The notes beneath the pieces are model-generated. The model did no database searches. It saw only the letters and a list, made by a program, of their open reading frames with translations, and was not told where the DNA came from. Made by a program: the position numbers and the translations under genes. A DNA stretch of 62,260 nucleotides, counting the filler, from Choristocarpus tenellus KU-1152 (Eukaryota > Protista > Phaeophyceae), in NCBI GenBank assembly GCA_964200185.2. It is 9 parts of 9 records of this genome, joined end to end, with 100 filler letters (N's around TTAATTAATTAA, not from the genome) between each part and the next. Parts side by side here need not be neighbours in the genome. Positions count along the whole stretch, not along the records: positions 57,381 to 62,260 come from CAXNAD020012688.1; 8 more parts are not named here. One strand, written 5' to 3'. The first letter of the stretch is position 1, and each line of letters starts with the position of its first letter. Positions 59,296-62,260 of this stretch are shown here, one piece after another.

Positions 59296-62124
59296 ACTAA
59301 GGCATCAGTGGAGGTACTACAATTGGCCGTAGCCAACAACTTGTTAGGTAGTAGTACGAGAAGTACTCCAGTGCATGGTGCCTTTGACCATGAATCTGAA
59401 TAGTCTCCAAGTTTGTAAAGTGAAGAAATGTAAATTTATCCAAGGGAACTTTATTGGCCTTTAAACCACTGTACTATATTGAGGGTAGTGCGTAGGGACC
59501 ATTCATCGAGCCAATAGGACATGACAGTAGATATATACATGATACACACTAGAAGTATAATTTTTCTATGTAGTGTATAGTGTTTGCTTAGCTTCATTCA
59601 GAACAAGTAGGGAGTTTTCTCCACATCCTACGTATATGGGTATCATTTGGGGCAGGGCTTCCACATTTTATCATGTTCTATATCTGTGAGAGTAATGAGT
59701 GTGTGGGATGACGACCACTGGGTTTTCCATGAAAAATTGTTCAAGCAGGACTTCAAAGTTCTCCTGAGTCATCGTGTCCAACAGGGGGGTCTATTTTGAC
59801 CCTTTTGAGTATCTAGGGTTTTTCAACATTCTGCCTGACATCCCATTCCCATCCCCAAAATGCACTTTACCCCACAAGAGACTGGCTGGTTGTAGAAAGC
59901 AGACAAGTATTCAACCACGATACACAAAATCGACCTTCAGAGTGGTAGAAGAACATACACCTGAAGGCAGTCACAGGCGCCCCAAATATTCAGCGATACG
60001 CTCCTCTAGAATAGGATAGATAGCAGATGCATCTCATTGGACCATAAGACTCAACCTTTCAGCAAGAAAGAAAGGTGGAGGGCGTGCTTTGCGATGTGAA
60101 CTTATAATATCTATTTTTATTCTTATCGGATATTGTGCTGGTCATACACAAACTCTGTGTTTGCGACTAGGCGAGAGTCAAAGTAAACAAGAGGTACACA
60201 GGTTTTGGTAGTTTTTGCATTTTAAGTTTGTTTCGCAATCTTTTTCAATTCACCCACGTTTCTATGGATGGAGTTCTAAGTTTGACTTGAGAGTGTTTTT
60301 TCTTTGTTGTTTGAAACTTTCCGACACAATTCACACATTCGTAAAACTAAAATAAGATTTTGGGACATATTTGTCGGCATCCTTAATATTCAACTCTGGC
60401 TACCTCTCGTTTACTTTGACTTCGATAATATTTTATTTTATACTCCCGTAGAGTGCAAGCAGCGTTGGGTGTAACATCATTTTAACGTTTAATCCAACAC
60501 TTAAAAAAGGTGTATTGATGCAAGTAACACAATAGATACAAAAAAAAAAGAGTTGAACAAATTTAGTATGGAAGGCATGAGTGAGAGGAGGATAACTGTA
60601 GTAGCAGAATTGGTGTGCTGAAACTCTTCCATGAGTTATCTATGAGGAAATGTATGCATCATCACACATGGTACGACAATGGAGGATGTCGCTGTTAGAG
60701 AAAGTATGGATATACTGAATTGCCCACTTACTCTGTCTGATTTCTGTGTACACAAGCAGCTACTTGTTAGAATCCACTCAGACTGGCATCTACCAGCGAA
60801 TTCTGGATTTTATTTGGATCACTTCGACTGATAGTGCTAGCTACAGCAATATCATATAAACTGCAGGAAAACTATAACTATGAATTGCACTTAGGCTTGC
60901 TCACTCGTCCATCTAACCTACACCATACTCTCTTTAATCTCCCCCCCCCCCCAAAAAAAAAAAGTCTTTCTCACGCAGCTGTTATGCACATTGAACAATG
61001 GGTTTTTTGACATCAACAACACAGCATATGTGCACCGGACAAGGATAACCTGCATCCCACACAATATTGTGAAGTGGGTCATAGCTGCACATTACGCATA
61101 GATCATCTCCAGAGGAATTTGTTTGTGCACGATGATAAGGGTAGGAAGCACATCACGCACGCCGTGCTTGTCCGTTCGCTGATACAATGTACCACATAAC
61201 GAGCCCCAGTTTCTCAACTTTTCATTTTTCACCTTTTGTTCCAGCGTCCCACTTTAACATGAACTCACCCCACCACTACCATAACAACAACCCCATACAA
61301 TGTTTCAACCAGATCCGCAAAGCGAGGGAGAACAAAAAATCACCGAAAAAACCCCAACAGAACTGTGCTGGTTGAGCTCTCATCCATCCTCTGGACGAAG
61401 GACCATTTAGTAAAAAAACAAAACAAGTAGTGTGAAGAGTACGTGACACATGCTCTGAACGCAAGACTCTCATCACCACCAAAAAAATGCGCGCGTTTTC
61501 CCGTCCCCATTACAGCGCGCACATGTACGTATATGCACGCAAACTTACATCTAGGCAGCAGCACCCTCCCCCCCCCCAAAAAAAAGGGACGAAAACAAAT
61601 CAATTTAAGTCAATTAATACACACTACGCGCAGTTGATGAAAAGAAAAAACTAGAAAAAAAAGCAAAAAAGTAAAAACACAAAAACTCACACACTCACAC
61701 TCACACACACACACCAAGGAGCAGCAATCAAAAAGGCGTAGGGCGCTATGTGCCCAGCCAAACATACGTTGTGCACTCTACACACAAGGGCTGAAGGCCA
61801 TCGTTGTACATAGGGTGTGAAGGTGAACAAACGTAGTAAGGGTACTCTATATGAAAAAAGTCAACTCAACAAGTGCCAACCTACAGCTAGCCACACACTA
61901 GCTTCTGACACCCCAATCTAAGCAGAAGGTCCGCTACAAGATGGTGTGGGTGGCATCCCTCCTCCCTCTGCTCATCTTAGTTTCCTTTTTCCTACGTCAG
62001 ACCAAGGACCTGCCGCTGAATGCCACAACAGAGGGTTTACACCTGAACAACAGTATTCTCACACAACGCACACACCTGTTAACACTACTCAACCAAGCGC
62101 ACAAAGACCACACTGAGTGTGGCC

Positions 62125-62125
<1 letters not shown>

Positions 62126-62161
<36 letters not shown>

Positions 62162-62167
62162 GCACAC
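62126..62167. repeat. (CA)n microsatellite
   Basis: Read directly. Confidence 0.9.
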
Positions 62168-62260
62168 GGCATCATCAACCACCAGCCCTTCCTCCTTTCC
62201 CCAAGGTTCGCAATCCACAGTTCCCTCAACTCACAGTTCCCTCAACTCCCCCCCCCCCCC

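Noticed and set aside
61990-62045. GVNP-containing segment as the missing last Gβ exon
   Set aside because: Lacks the RVSCL and TGSWD motifs and lies upstream of the gene on a different contig.

Overview
Eukaryotic, intron-rich, repeat-rich DNA. The Gβ sequence is stramenopile-type, and long introns plus a TTAGGG-type repeat suggest a brown alga or relative (inference). The window is nine contigs joined by eight artificial 100-bp N-TTAATTAATTAA-N linkers, so adjacency across linkers is not guaranteed. Supported host genes: (1) the 5' four exons of a heterotrimeric G-protein beta subunit (minus strand, with a GC-AG intron); (2) a SNAPC1/SNAP43-like gene (plus strand, 3 exons, about 1755 aa, with a 4.7-kb exon and a long low-complexity tail); (3) an elongator tRNA-Met(CAT); (4) the 3' exons of a membrane protein that the ORF track mostly misses, which resembles the C-terminal half of trimeric two-TM channels (PAC/TMEM206 or DEG/ENaC-like) and is the most novel candidate here. 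Much of the rest is decayed mobile DNA: CRE-clade non-LTR retrotransposon fragments (RT plus restriction-like endonuclease), solo or orphan LTRs, a Copia remnant, and three MITE subfamilies sharing a CAAAGTATCT terminal core, several of them nested. No CRISPR array or prokaryotic system was found.
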